Shown piece after piece: positions 24,257-38,490 of a DNA stretch of 64,000 nt; positions within the stretch are counted from its first letter, which is position 1, and each line of letters starts with the position of its first letter. The notes beneath the pieces were generated by a model. The model was not told where the DNA came from. It saw only the letters and a program-made list of their open reading frames with translations, and searched no databases. The stretch covers positions 50,778,001-50,842,000 of the forward strand of contig OX597815.1 of assembly GCA_951406725.2 (NCBI GenBank). The letters run 5' to 3'. This stretch comes from Octopus vulgaris. Its lineage: Eukaryota. Made by a program: the position numbers and the translations under genes.

Positions 24257-25839
24257 CTCCACCCTCTACCTTATAAACTGATAACTCTGATTGGCTGTTC
24301 ACAGTAACATCTTTCGACAGCAGCTTGACAGGATGCCATCGTAATCCCGTTATTGCTGCTGGTAATGTTTGCAAAATACCCTTTTATTTCCTATAATTAA
24401 ATTTCCAATCAGTCCTCATATTTGTGTTGCCTCTTATCACCGAGCTCTCTCATCAATAAGAGCTAGTCGACTGATTGTCCTTTCATTTCCTGAGCTCTTA
24501 GGAATGCTAAATTGGAGAATTGAGAATACAGTCTATGGAAACCTGGCGAGAATATATAGATTATGAATTCGTTAATTCATGTCCTAACATCATAGTTTCA
24601 GCAATATTTGTCATTAAATGAGGAATCAGTGAGAGTTGTTCTTGCTTATACAGTATGTGTGTTAAAACAATTTGTTGAGAAAGAGGCTAAAAAAATAACA
24701 ATTTCATATAATAAAGATTTGTTTAAAATTACTTTTTGATGATGCTTTAAAATATTATGTCTTTCCCTTTATTATCAAGATATCCATATTTATTCTAAAT
24801 CCTAGTGTTATTCAGATATTTTAGATGGTCTAAAATCATATTTACACATTTAGAAATTAACTTATAGTTAAAGCAACTTAGCGGTTATTTGTATGTTGCT
24901 TCATAACAAATAGTTTTTTTATAGAAAGAATAAACAAATGAATACACACACACACACACACACACAACAGCATACATTTGGTGAATATATGTATATGAGA
25001 GAGAGAAATAGATTGATGTTTATACAGTTCCCTACATGTGTGTAAGCATACACACATACACACACATATATGCATATATGTATGTATATTTATGACATTT
25101 TTATGTCATTTAATTATCTATGTGTTTATTAAACAGCTATGCTTTTAACAGATTTTATAATCAGACTACTTATAAATGGTTGCATATTTCAAGTTAAATG
25201 GATTTCTACCTAATTATTTTTGAGTACCATAATGAGCATAATTCAACTAGACAGAAGAAAACTATAAAGAGTTGTTTATCTTGCTAAGTAAATTTTTCTT
25301 GCTTTCATTTTAAAAGAAAATTGAATGCAGTTGATGAGCATATGTTTTTGTTTATGGAAATATATTTTTTAGCTCTTTATTATTAAAATATCTATGTCAC
25401 CTTGAATTATGACAATATTTGTACCAGATTCAGAATTTTTCATGCCACTGGTTCTCCATATCTGATCCAGTGACTGAGTATGTGTGTGTGTGTGTTTGTC
25501 TGCCTGTCTGTATGTGTGTGTGTTTGTCTGCCTGTCTGTATGTGTGTGTGTATGATCATTCTGTAGTGAAAGAAAAATCCTAAAACAAATAGATTAATAT
25601 AAAGAATAGTAATAAGTGTAAGTATGCATGTGCCACCTCCTACACACAGACACACACACGTGCAGTTGCACACATACTCACACTCAATCATGCACACATA
25701 CACACACATGTGTAGGTGTTAGTGTGGATTAGTTTGTGTTGAAAAATATATCTTTAACATTCTAATGTTATTTTTTCCATAGTGATATACACTAAAACAG
25801 TTTTCCGTTTAATGTTATGCAAAAGTCTGATTTAACTAT

Positions 25840-25871
<32 letters not shown>

Positions 25872-25879
25872 AGGTTTTG

Positions 25880-26520
25880 CACATTATTGGAACTCAGTGC
25901 ACTTTTTCATCTTACGTCCGTACATATATAGATACATCACCCATCCATACATATAGATACATCTCCTACATACCAGCACCTTCTTTGTACATCACTCTTT
26001 GAACTTGTAGCTCTGTCATATTTATTATTGACAATGCCTATCCATTGGTGTAATTATTAACTTCATTGGTTGTAGATCCTCAACATTCATTGCTTGTTTA
26101 AATTTCTGTATAACATCACTCATTGACCATATCTCACATTGTCTATCTTTTCTAATGGAGCTAATATTTGTAATTCCTTCCCTTCCAGCTCTCCCCATGA
26201 TGCTATTATTATCCTATCTCTAGTCGTAATTATATTACCTTGGTAACAGAACTTATCTATTAGTTCCAGAAAATATATGCAGCCCAAAACAATCTCCATG
26301 CATTTTTTTGTATGTTCATTATGTACATTAATTACATAGAATGACTACTTGAATAATACACTATACCTGCATAATGTACAAGGCCACTTCCCTGTTGCTG
26401 TTACACTTTTGTGATCTTTGCTACTAAGATTTATTTCAGACTATCACCAGATTTCTTTTACATAAGTCCTCTTTTCAATGTTTTAAACTTGTACAACACC
26501 TAGGCCATCAGATTACATAA
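25880..26520 (-). mobile_element. Very old RTE-like LINE remnant
   Basis: Minus strand near 26230-26262 reads LIDKFCYQGNII, resembling the RTE VDxFxYLG motif. The rest is heavily decayed and the boundaries are approximate. Confidence 0.4.
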
Positions 26521-27393
26521 TAGTTGGTATGAATCTAAAATCCTAAATTCTTTGTCATTGAATGAACAGAAACAAGTTAAAGATAGAATTCTAGGGGACA
26601 TAACCATATGATAACAAAACTTGAGTGAAACTGGTAGAAATAGCAGCCAATTCTCTCCCAAATTGTACTTTATTCTCTTTTAAGAATGCAAGCGCAGACT
26701 GAAGATTGCCTGAAAAGAAAAGGATAGAGTAGTCATTGCTAAATATACCTATGAATTAAGTCTGCTTGATCACTACTGAACTGGGACTAAAAAAAATGCA
26801 ATGATTACAACTTTTCACTGAGTTCAATAACCAAACTTGACCCTAAAATTCTGATTCAATGTGGAGAATTTTTACAAGCAGTTCTTCAATGGCTGATGTC
26901 AAAAGGTTTCTGTAAGTCACCTAATGCATCATAGAGTTGTTGCATATGTCTCAATAGAGATATAACAAATTAAAGCAGTACTGTCATCAACATCAGAAAT
27001 TAATGCATAGAAATCATTATCTGATCTGTAAGATAATAATGGACTGATAATAAGATAATACTATACACTGGGTATTTCTTCAGGTTATAGCTTTATTTTA
27101 TCACGCATATAAAAATGTTTCAAACTTGCTCTAATTCTTTTGATAATAAATAATCATAATCCTCATAATTTAGTGTTTTACTTTCTTCATTGATATTTCT
27201 GATGGAAGATTTTGTTTATGTAATACTCAAACTGATTCACGAGCTCAGAAATTAAATTTCAATTTTCTCTACTATTGTACAAATTCAATGAATATTGTTA
27301 ATTGTGTTTCCCCATCCCACCCTCAGCTGACTAAGAAACTGAACTACCTTAGAAAAGAAAAGAATATTTTGTAAAACTACTTAAATGAATAAA

Positions 27394-27396
<3 letters not shown>

Positions 27397-27444
<48 letters not shown>
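27397..27444. repeat. (TA)n microsatellite
   Basis: Visible directly in the sequence. Confidence 0.95.
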
Positions 27445-27446
<2 letters not shown>

Positions 27447-29829
27447 CCTTTTATATATTATTTTACTGATTTTAATTTTTATGATCACACATACACACAT
27501 GCATACACATGCATTAGTGTTTATAATAATCTTTTTCTTGTTTAATTCTCAAATTTTTTTTTTCTTAATTTTAATTTAGTTTGCATCATTTCTAACTCCA
27601 TTTCTTTTCATCTTGCTTGTGCATACACCTGCTAGTCATTACTTCATATCATGCTCTAGTTTAGTTTAGGTACAATTCCTTCTCGTCCTCAACTGTTGTT
27701 AGTCTCAGAATTTAAGACATCTGCTTCAGATAGAAAGGTAGTAGATATGAGTTAGAATCTCTTTAAATCAAATGTAATAAACATTTTAAAGAGGTGGAGC
27801 GGGAGGCTTAAAGTAAGAAAGATTATAATAAAAATGGATAACATATATGTTTTTAAAGTTGAAAGATGTAAATTCTTTTGGAAACTTGCCATAGATTTGA
27901 CATATACTGTAGTGCTTGGATGATGCTGTTTTCATTTTTTCTTTTCTTCTATATTAGTTTATTTATTTTATTATATGCTTATGGCTTTCATACAAATAAG
28001 AATTTGATGAAATATATTTGAAATTACTGCCAATTATTTAGAGTTAATTCAGTTAGTCATTTATTCTTCTGCTTTTGATTAATTATGTTTATTATCAGAC
28101 ATTATATCTGAACTTCTAAAATGAAAGAGTACCCAATCTTATTATTCTTATTAACCTGCTCCTACCCTTCTATACATTCTACCCAACCTTGTTGTGCTAT
28201 TTTCTAACTGCAGTGAGTTAGAAAATGTTGATCGCAATTCTATGATACCTGTAGACCTTTATCGCTTCATTCTACCTCTCTACATACAATAGACTACTTT
28301 TGTTTTGTACAAGTAGTTTACATTTAAACCTGGAACTTTAGTTTCTGACCAAATGTTTCATTGGATTGTCCTTTACCTCTAATATTTACATTCCTGTTTG
28401 TTTTCTTTAATCATTACAATAATGGCTGATTTGTGATCATTACTATCAGTTTGTAATAATCTCTTCTAGGTGTTAACCTGATCATTTATATTCCCCTTAA
28501 AGTTTCTGTTATTACAATGTCAATGTTAGAAGACAATCAAATCAATGCTGAGGAAATAAACTTTTTTCTCATAACTGTTATCAAAATGGAACAGATGTGC
28601 TAAAATAAACATTTTTTTTTTGTCTGATTTAGTTTAATCTTTATCTTGAACCCCACCACCAACGTGTGTGTGTAGGGAGAGAGAGAAAGAGAGAGAGAGA
28701 GAGGAAAACAGAATTATTCAAGAAAATAATTGTTATTGTTCTAAAAAATGTTCCTAACAGATATCTTGACCCTTGAAACTGCATAAACTGCATGTAGTAT
28801 TTTAGAATAGATTTTGTGGCTCACCTCTTGTTGAATTAGATATCAAAAATAGAATTCAAATCAGTAACTTTCTTCAAATACAGACCATATTCCTCTAAAT
28901 TGAGAAATATTTAGATATCAATTTTCTGTTCTGTTATGTACAGTATCAGTTAACAAAAATCAATGGAAATTTTGCTTAGTTTATTTCATGAATAAATATA
29001 TTTATGTATTTGTATAATATACCTTTGAGATGAGTAGAGAGTAGTTGCAGTTGCTGATTATCTTATGACAACTATAACATTCAGAAAATATGGTATTTGG
29101 ATCTCTTGCAAGATTTCGCTTCCTTGCCAAAGTATCTTCAAACGTCTAACTGATTGTTTTTTAATTTGATTGCTCTATTTTGATATAAGATATAACAGAA
29201 TTTTGACCAAATATTATTTGTTAAATATTTTCTTTCCCATCCCAACTTTTATTTACCAGGAGATAGCTTTCTGTATAGAAAGTATGTTAATGATGCTTTC
29301 ATATATTCCTTTACAGAAACAGCCACAATTAACCTTAAAACAATAGAGCTTCAACATAAACCAGAGCTATAAAAGCAGACACTAAAAAATAGCTAATGGA
29401 GACTAGATATCTGATTATGTCAACTCTATATAGATGGCAGTTTATGTGCCAGCAAAGTAGCTTATTTTGCCAGGTTTTATCACAGCTCAAATTTCATAGA
29501 CACTTCTATCTATTTTCACCAATAAGTAACTCTTCATATATAATGTATATAACCATTACTATGGTAGCATATTCAAAAGTCATATCTTCCAGTTAGTTCT
29601 TTTTTTTTTTTTGTATATCATTCAAAATTTATTTCTTGTACCTTCTCTGTGACATCAGGTGTGTAAGTGGTGTTTTGTTGATTTAAAAGAAAATTGTGTG
29701 TGAGAAAGAGTGTGTCTATATATGTGTGTGATGATCTCAAACAAAATTTAAATACAATAGTATTTTTTATCATTACAACTTATCAAATATATTTACTACT
29801 ATACCAAATTTTATTTTTATCTATTGCAG

Positions 29830-29932
29830 GCTATACGTTGCACACTGCCAAATTGTATGTGTGAATGTTTTGCCCCTGGAAAGTTGCACCTTAGATCATG
29901 TGACACATGTAAGCATGGATGGGTCGCTCATG
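29830..29932 (+). CDS. BNC2: Internal coding exon of a basonuclin (BNC2-like) zinc-finger transcription factor, N-terminal conserved Cys/His region
   Basis: Polypyrimidine tract plus ttgcag acceptor and G|gtaag donor; 103 nt, phase 0 in and phase 1 out. It translates to [34 protein letters not shown], closely matching vertebrate BNC2 [34 protein letters not shown] (recalled from memory). Confidence 0.95.
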
Positions 29933-32900
29933 GTAAGAAAAATTTAATATTTTTAAATGAAAATTTATACATTGAGATGTAAAAATTAATATCTTTTCTA
30001 AATCCTCCTAATTACTCTTGAGCATAAACTTTCTTGTTTGCTTTGTTTTTTTCATCTGCTACTTTTTAAGTTAAATGTTTTGAATGTTCTTTAGTTTTAT
30101 AGAATTATTTTAATGAAGATGTAGAATATAGAAAGAAAGTAGTCCAAGTCAAAGTAGATATGATTTGCAGACATGGTTCGTTCAAAGCATGTTTATTGAT
30201 TTTAAAATTTCAATTAAACAAAAGCCACCTGTTCACAAATGATTCTCATTGGCTGCTTTGAGATTATCAAACTTGCCTATGTGATCAAATATGAATGGAT
30301 CTGTTGTCAAAGGTCTTTTGCTTTTAACTGCCAACAAATCCCACCACAAGTCATTTACTAGAAGATGGTCGGTGATAATGCCAACTACTTTGGTGCAATA
30401 CTATACAAAATGTAGAAAAATATTAGATGTCCAATAACTAGGACCTTATCAGATGTTGAGTTGCTGGACAGTGACATTGATCAATAAATTTCCTTTCATT
30501 TGCAGCTGTCTCATCCCTCTTTTCTCTTTCTCTCTAAACAACAAACTACGAATTGATTACTGAATGCCTCTGGTAGTTTCTCTGTTCCTACTACATCAAC
30601 AAGCTACACTATAAAGTATTTCACAGCCACCATAGGCTGATATTTTCCAAGATGTTATTGGCTTTTAGTTTAAACATTGGATATATCTTTTGTTTGTGAC
30701 AGATACAACTTTAAAAACAATCTGATATCCACTAATCTTTGTTTGAACTTATTTTGCCATCATTTAAGTTTACATAATTAACCCTTTTCTTTTTTTCCTT
30801 TAACAAATGAGCTTTTTTATTGCCTTGGATGTTATATTTGCAAATCAACTATTTATCCAAAATATAACATAAGGAAAGTTATTCTCTTATTCAGTCAGAA
30901 TTACTGGTGAACAACAAATTCTTGTCATTTTACTTTATTCTCATCACTAGCAAATTCTTATTTTTTCTCCACTAAAAATTGTAGGCTTTATGTCTTTAAG
31001 CTCAGTTTAGCCCTGATTACTTGGTTAATGTCTGTGTGTTGTGTGTGTATGGTCGTATGTACATATATACCTGTACACACACACACATACATAGTAATTG
31101 GTTGCCAACATATAAGTAGGCCAAAGGTAGTAGACTTTCACCTCCAATGAGCTACAGTGTATTTATATTTTCTATAGTGCAAAGCACATGAAAAACTAAA
31201 TCTTCAGTTACGTTTTTACTGCTGCTGAAGAACATGAACAATATTTCATACACAGGTAATTAAATACATGCAATATTGCTATGAAACAATCAGTAATTGG
31301 CCAAAACAATTCTAAGTTTGCGAAGAAAAAATAATTTGTTATGTTACAAGCATTATCAGCATTTATTTATAGTAGGTTATTGTGGAATTTTCTAATAAAT
31401 TCAATCGAATCACTGTGAATAATTTATGAGTGAGTGATTTCCATTTATGACTGTCCTGTTACTTGTTATAACAACAGGTAGCATGCATTTATGTTTGAGT
31501 ACCAACTCAAGTAGATCAGCTGAAACTTTATACACTGAACCTGCCTGGTCAGTCAGTACCACTAATCAATGACTACTTCATATACAGTGCTAGTGCATTT
31601 TCATTGAGAAAAATGATACATGATTTATCCTCTTATTTCACAGCTTCTAATTAAATAAAACTTCTAGAAATTGACTTAGCTTTTCACTACTTTCCACTAT
31701 TTTTATTGATTGTTACAGTTAACATTTTAGAATAGTCTTGACAAGATAATTGGTTAATGAATGATTCAGTCTAAAAACAGCACATAAAAAAATACAGTGA
31801 TCAGCTCATACATCTTGTTTTATGTAAATTTTTAAAGGGACTCTTAAAGTATTTCTTTAATAATTTCATTGATAATGCTTTGCAACAGATATAATTATTA
31901 CTGTAGGTTGTTTAGTATGAAATGAGAGGTGGTGTTAAAGCTAGAGCTAAATTTATTGTAGGAATTTAATCTTATGTAACAGGACTGGTACATATATATA
32001 CTTTTATTTCTAATATTCAGCTGTGAAAGCGGCAGTGAAATTTTATATATAAAATTTCCACATGTTTATTCTAAATTTACTCTTCAGTTTATATCAATTA
32101 TAAACATTGCAGATACTTTAATTTCCCGTAGTTGCAAATTAAATGTTTGAAATAAACCCTAATAGGTTTTTATTGCATCTTAACTGACTTTAAGTTTATG
32201 CAAATATATATGCATAAATATAGGAGATGGAAAAAGTTGTAGTGTAATCTACGGGTATCGAACTTCGTGTTTGCTGTAAAGCATAGAGTTGAACTAACCA
32301 TTACACCAAGGCAGCATGAATGTGTGTGTGTGTGTGTGTTCTTTTCAAAACCGATGATTAAAAAAGAGAAAAACACAGCACAGTCATACATACTCACCAA
32401 AAACTAGTACTTTTAATTCTATTTTTGCTTTGAACATCACATCACTTTTATTAAAACATGCTTGTCATTTTCTCACATGTTGGGTAAATTTTTAGTTGGT
32501 GATGGGTATACTGCCTAGTATATTATTACTTCGACCATACGCAACTATTTTTACCCAATACATTATTCAAGAATATGCTATCTTTATTGCTAAAATCACC
32601 CTTGAAGATTTTAAGATTTTATGATTAAGTAGTTCAAGAATATTCTTAATCTTATCGTTGATGAACCATCACAACCACATCTGGAATTACATCTAACTCT
32701 AGAAGGTCGTGTGTCAAGAAGATACTGTTTTTTCTTAAACAGGGTCATCCATTACCAAAATCCATCGTTTTTTTCTCTGTGAACTATCTCTACCTTTCTC
32801 TTGCAAAGATATTGCAATTAGGGAGTTTATTATTATACCTAAGAAACTAGTTACACATTTATACTGTCCTCACTCTAATAATCACATTGTTTATTTATGT

Positions 32901-34980
32901 TTAGAAGCAGTATTTGTCAAACATCGCTCAATTAATGTTTTATTATGCAGTTACTACTGGAAACACACTAGTCACAACACCCTTTGCATTGAATGTACAA
33001 TCTACAAGAATTAGAAATGAAGAAACGGAACAGTTTTCAGCCACTTCTAGGCTATAACACTTTACTTATCATGTGATACTGTATTAAAGTTTTAATTTGG
33101 TTTTCACCTGACAACTGATAAAAGGACAGTGTTAAAATATTTGTCCTCTTAGGTGAGATGAGAAATAATTTAGATGAGAGGTAGACCTACCCAACATATC
33201 TCCATAGAAAAACAGTACATTAAGATGTTGTTGATGATGATGATGGTGGTTTGGTTAAGGTTGGTATTAATCAGATAACCACCTCATTTGTATGTTGGCT
33301 AGTTCTGAAAGTAAATAAATGAACAAATAAATCAATCACTATATAAACCTAAGAGTTAACTGTTTCTCAATTTATTTATTGCCTTGATTACATTTAACTG
33401 GTATTTATTGTCTATTTACCCATGGTCATTTATTTCATTCCATTTTTAACTGCAAACTTATAAGACTGCTTTGTGATTATCTCATTCAGCGGAGAGAAAC
33501 CTCATTAGCACACTAATTCTATTATAGTGAAAAGAATTGTTTAGCTATGAAGAATCCCTATGATTTAATAGTTAGGAGCAGCTTTTACTTATTATATTAG
33601 GCTGCTAGAGGAAGTGTTCAGTAAAGTTTGTTGCTCTAAGCTCTATCTAAATAATTTAAGAGATATCAGCTATAGGGAGCTCATTATAGTGTGTTTTGAT
33701 TAGTACTGAATCCTGAAGATGTCTTTAGCCCTTACATAATACTTAACAAAAGCTGACGCATATCTTATAGTGATGATGTACCATCCATTAACTCTAAAAT
33801 GTAATAAAATTTTGGGAAATGAATTGTTAAACTCATTTTTAATATAAATCAAAAGAAATTAAATTCTAATTTGTTATGTTTTGTTAATTAAATATGACTA
33901 GATAGAAGTTTTTCTTAAAACTAAATAGAGATAAGTACAACATTATTTAGTACCTCCAGTACACATTCTTCTTTTTTAGTTTATAAAGATTGTCATTCAG
34001 CATACCAAATAAAAGATAATTTGATTAAGGAGGTTTATCATGAAGAATATGATTTATAACATATCAAATTAATTGATCACTTACTGTATTGATTCATTGC
34101 TTAAGTCTTCATAATTTCAAATAAATTCATGAATATCATTTGTAAAACATTAAAAAATTTACTTTTGCAAGCAACAACTTAAACATTGTTAGTTTCATCC
34201 TCCTTGTTTTCAGTTGAATACTTTTTAAATTTTTTATTACTACTTTTACATTGTCTTGCAATGTTCATGCTTAAGAAATTAAGTGAAAAGACAGACCACA
34301 TGTTAAGTTGAAGTGTCATTACATTTAATCAATCAATTGATCTTTTACTATTAAGTTTCTGTGCTTTGTTGCACTCTTTGTCCAGTTTTAAGCTGTTGTC
34401 TTTATTCACAACTCAGCTAGCTAAACACAAGTATCTGAAGCCTTGCTTGCACATTACTGAAGGAATTAATTTCATAATACTTGGCTTGTCTGCCACATCT
34501 TGTTATATTGGAGACAGTTTATGTGTATTTGCAAAGTTATTTCTAAAAGTCAATGTTTTCAACTAGTTCAGTTCATTGCAGCAGATTTCAGATGCTGTAG
34601 AGAACAATATGGGTAACTTAATATTTACTTAGTTTATTACTTAGAACAGAATAAACTCCCAAGTCAAATTTCTTCTGGTTGTATCATTACTTGAAATACA
34701 CTTCTATGCAGGGTAATAATCACACACTTGAAACTTTACTACATTTTAAAATGTAAAAATGTTGATCATTATTTCAAATCCCACTGCTACTATTATGTTT
34801 TTAGGTAACATACATTGTACAACTTCGCCATTAAATGAAGAACTTTTATTCGTAAAACATGTAAATATTTATTTCGAAAGCCTATCATATTAGTGTATTT
34901 AAATTGTTCTGAAAGTGATTTGCATACCACACTGTCACATTTTCTATGTTAATACATATATATATATATATATATATATA

Positions 34981-35080
34981 TGGGCCTGACAAAGCCTTCC
35001 AGCTTCACAGACCCCAGTTGACCCGTCCAACCCATGCTAGCATGGAAAGCGGACGCTAAATGATGATGATGATGATGATG
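34981..35080 (+). mobile_element. Short 3' tail of RTE-type element within (TA)n
   Basis: ccgtccaacccatgctagcatggaaagcggacgctaaa(tga)n is nearly identical to the RTE end at 56920-56971. Confidence 0.8.
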
Positions 35081-35089
35081 ATATATATG

Positions 35090-35404
<315 letters not shown>

Positions 35405-35520
35405 ATATATATATATATATGCTTAAGAAGTAGAAGAAGAACAAAAACAAAAACAAGACTTGTTCATCATGGTTGTTTGTGAGCAGGTCCTCCCCTGGTT
35501 TTGCCTTACTTATGTTTTAA

Positions 35521-35600
35521 ATTTACCTGATGATGACAGGTTTTTGCTATGCTGTAATCTAAGAATGCTTCAATAAAATGCTGCTGAAACAGTTGTGAAT
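35521..35600 (+). ncRNA. Hammerhead ribozyme-like motif with long stem II (possible Penelope pLTR remnant)
   Basis: AUUUAC-CUGAUGA-U-GACAGGUUUU...AAAAUGCUGCU-GAAAC-AGUU-GUGAAU. Stem I AUUUAC/GUGAAU has 6 bp including one G-U, both core boxes are present, stem II is imperfect, and there is a GUU triplet. Confidence 0.5.
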
Positions 35601-36349
35601 TTTGACCCTCACTTTTGTTCTTTTATACATACACCACACCTGGAACCAACCCTGAGTCAGCTCTGCAGTTTATATTGAATTTGGTACCTTGAGTATATGT
35701 GTATCTTTAAGCACATTATACTGTTACTAGATCATAAATCCAAATGAGAAGCACACTCTAAGTTATAGAGCCCTATTTAGATAAAGATAGTTATGGCCAT
35801 ATGTATGTATGTATGTATATATATATATTTATATCATTTATATATATTATATATATACATATGTATATATATGTATATGTATATATATATATTATATGTA
35901 TATATTTGTGTATATATATATATATATAGATGTGTATATATATGATATATGTATGTATGTATAAATATATGTATGTGTGTGTGTATATATCTACATACAG
36001 TATACTACCAACAAATGATAACTAAGGGTTGTTTACCTCACTGTAAACTCAGTACTAAAAACCCAACCATTCCTGGTGTCCTACTTAGTGATATGCCTAC
36101 ATTCTAATGAATTCTGTAACTAATCCATATATATCCATATATATACATGCATGTATGTATGTATGTATGTAACATTTACTCAAAATCTCAGAATTTCAAC
36201 TTAATCTCGTTATTTTTTCTCAAGTTCTGATACTACTAGTTTTAGTTCTTATGCATCATAATTCATTTAATATTTCATTCTCCATTCTTTTGGATATTTA
36301 ATTATTCATTCTCTTGCTATACCATTGCAATGCTCATTTTGCTATTGTT

Positions 36350-36396
<47 letters not shown>

Positions 36397-37860
36397 TATA
36401 TATACTCACACACATACATACACATGCACATACACATTCACACACACACACATGCTCACACATATATATGTATGCATATTCTTCTTGAATACATTAATAC
36501 TAATTAATAGTGGCTTCAGTCCTTTCATGAAATTATAATATTATTATTTTAACTTTATATTATATTATTATTTGAACTTTTTCTGACTTTTTCATAAGAT
36601 TAGAGATTATGATAGCTGTTGCTATAAATTTCTCTATAGAATGCATTCTTTTATTTCTCGGTCATTTAGTGAAGAAATTATATAAATACTTCTAAACTGT
36701 TACAGTATTCTCATTTCAAATCCCTCTAATTTGAGAGCTAAGTTTGCTCCTATGAGTTCATAGCTTGATTGGACTTATTGCTTAAGAGATCAGTGAGTGT
36801 GAGAAGCAGCTAGTGAAAGAACAGACAAGAATTCCTAATGGTAACGTGACAGTATTATCAGTATCCGGCTCTATTCTATTTAAGATACAAGACATTCTCT
36901 TTTCATTCGTCCCTTGCCACATGAAGACTATGGCCGACTATGCTGTCATTGTGATTCCAGCAGTTGCTTGAACGCAATCAATTTCTGAATGCTCAGGGTA
37001 TCAGCTTAATATGATTTCTCTGCAGTCACAATCAATGTTTATCAATGGCAGGCTTATATTTACTATCTTGCCATTTTGATATTAGTAGCTTACCTTCGAT
37101 GTCGTTTCAAGAACACACTAATTCTATATTGTTAGTATCAACCAGAAAGTACGGTCATGCTCAACTTGCGTCTTAACTGGTTGGTATTAGCTAGATTGAT
37201 TCAAGACGCTTGCTGTTCTTGCTTCACTTCCCAATGAAGCGAATGCTTCCTTAGTGATGTGATTAACCCTATGTGTTCTGTCATTGACTGAATCCAGTTG
37301 TGATATTCAATTAGATGTTATTCTATAAATAAAGAAAGAAAGAAAAAGAGAGAAAGAAAGAAATGAAAAACCTGAAAAGAGAAGCAGCTGCAGTTGAGGA
37401 ATTATATCTAAACTGAATGAATCAGAAATTGAAGATTAAAGTTCAATCTATTTAAAACAACTGTTATTTGAAATCAAATTCATATTTGTTGAAATCTTAC
37501 GTCTTTGATATGCTGTTATTTAGAAGATATTGTTTCAAGACAGGATGGATTTGTTTCGACCTCCACTCTTCACTTGATTATTTTCTTTTCTGGAAATTAA
37601 TCCATTCCAAAAGAAATATTTCTCCATGTTTCTTATATACATAATGACCATTTCTTAACTAATGATAAAACAAACTTAGTTGTGAAAGGAGAACGGAAGG
37701 CTATATTATACTTATGTGACAAATATAGCAAAAATTTAGACACAGAATTTCACTTACATTCCTATATAGCAAAAAAGTATTTTAGCTCATTTAGTATAAA
37801 TTTTGTGGTATTTTCTTAACTATATTTCATATTTTTACTCAAATTTAAATCCTATTTTAA

Positions 37861-38086
37861 CCCTTTGGTTATCATATTAATGTTGAGATGTTCTGTGTTT
37901 CTTTCAATTAATTTCAAATATAACAAAGAATTTAGTAAACTAACTTAGTTATCATTAAGCTAGTGTTAGGAACATAGATTGTGACTAAGGTTTGATGGGA
38001 GATTTTAATTCAGAACTTTTGAAAGCAAGACATGTTTTTGTACTACAGAGCCAGAAGTAGTTTCAGCCAGGTTGGTATCAAAAGAG
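37861..38086. mobile_element. TTAA-flanked MITE (piggyBac-like)
   Basis: TTAA at 37857-37860 and 38087-38090. Imperfect TIRs ccctttggttatc / ggtatcaaaagag match at 9 of 13 positions, and the left one starts CCC. Confidence 0.65.
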
Positions 38087-38490
38087 TTAAAGTATAACAG
38101 TTTGAAGTTAAATATAGAAACGTTTGTTTTTACTTTTCTTCTTCTTCTTTCCTTCACTATGTTTTCCTCTGTTTGGTCTCAGTGATGAGATAGGGGCCAT
38201 AAGGAAAGGCTAAGTCAGTCTGAGTGTAATGAGGTGTAACTTACATAGAAGCAAATACCACAAACTACATTTGTTTGATGTAGATATTTACTAACAATCT
38301 TTTTGCCAACATGCACACATTCACATATACATATTTGAGAACCAGATTTATTCAGCATGTTTATCTTTAAGATTTTCTCTAATTACATGCAATAATGTTA
38401 TGTATAATATTTCATTAAAACATATGTTGTTTAATATTATATAACATATTGATATTATGCATATATAATATATATATCAATATTATATAT

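Noticed and set aside
29105-29146. Minus-strand UUGAAGA-U-ACUU..AAGC-GAAA, hammerhead-like
   Set aside because: C3 is mutated, stem II is mismatched and no stem I partner is visible; too weak to call.
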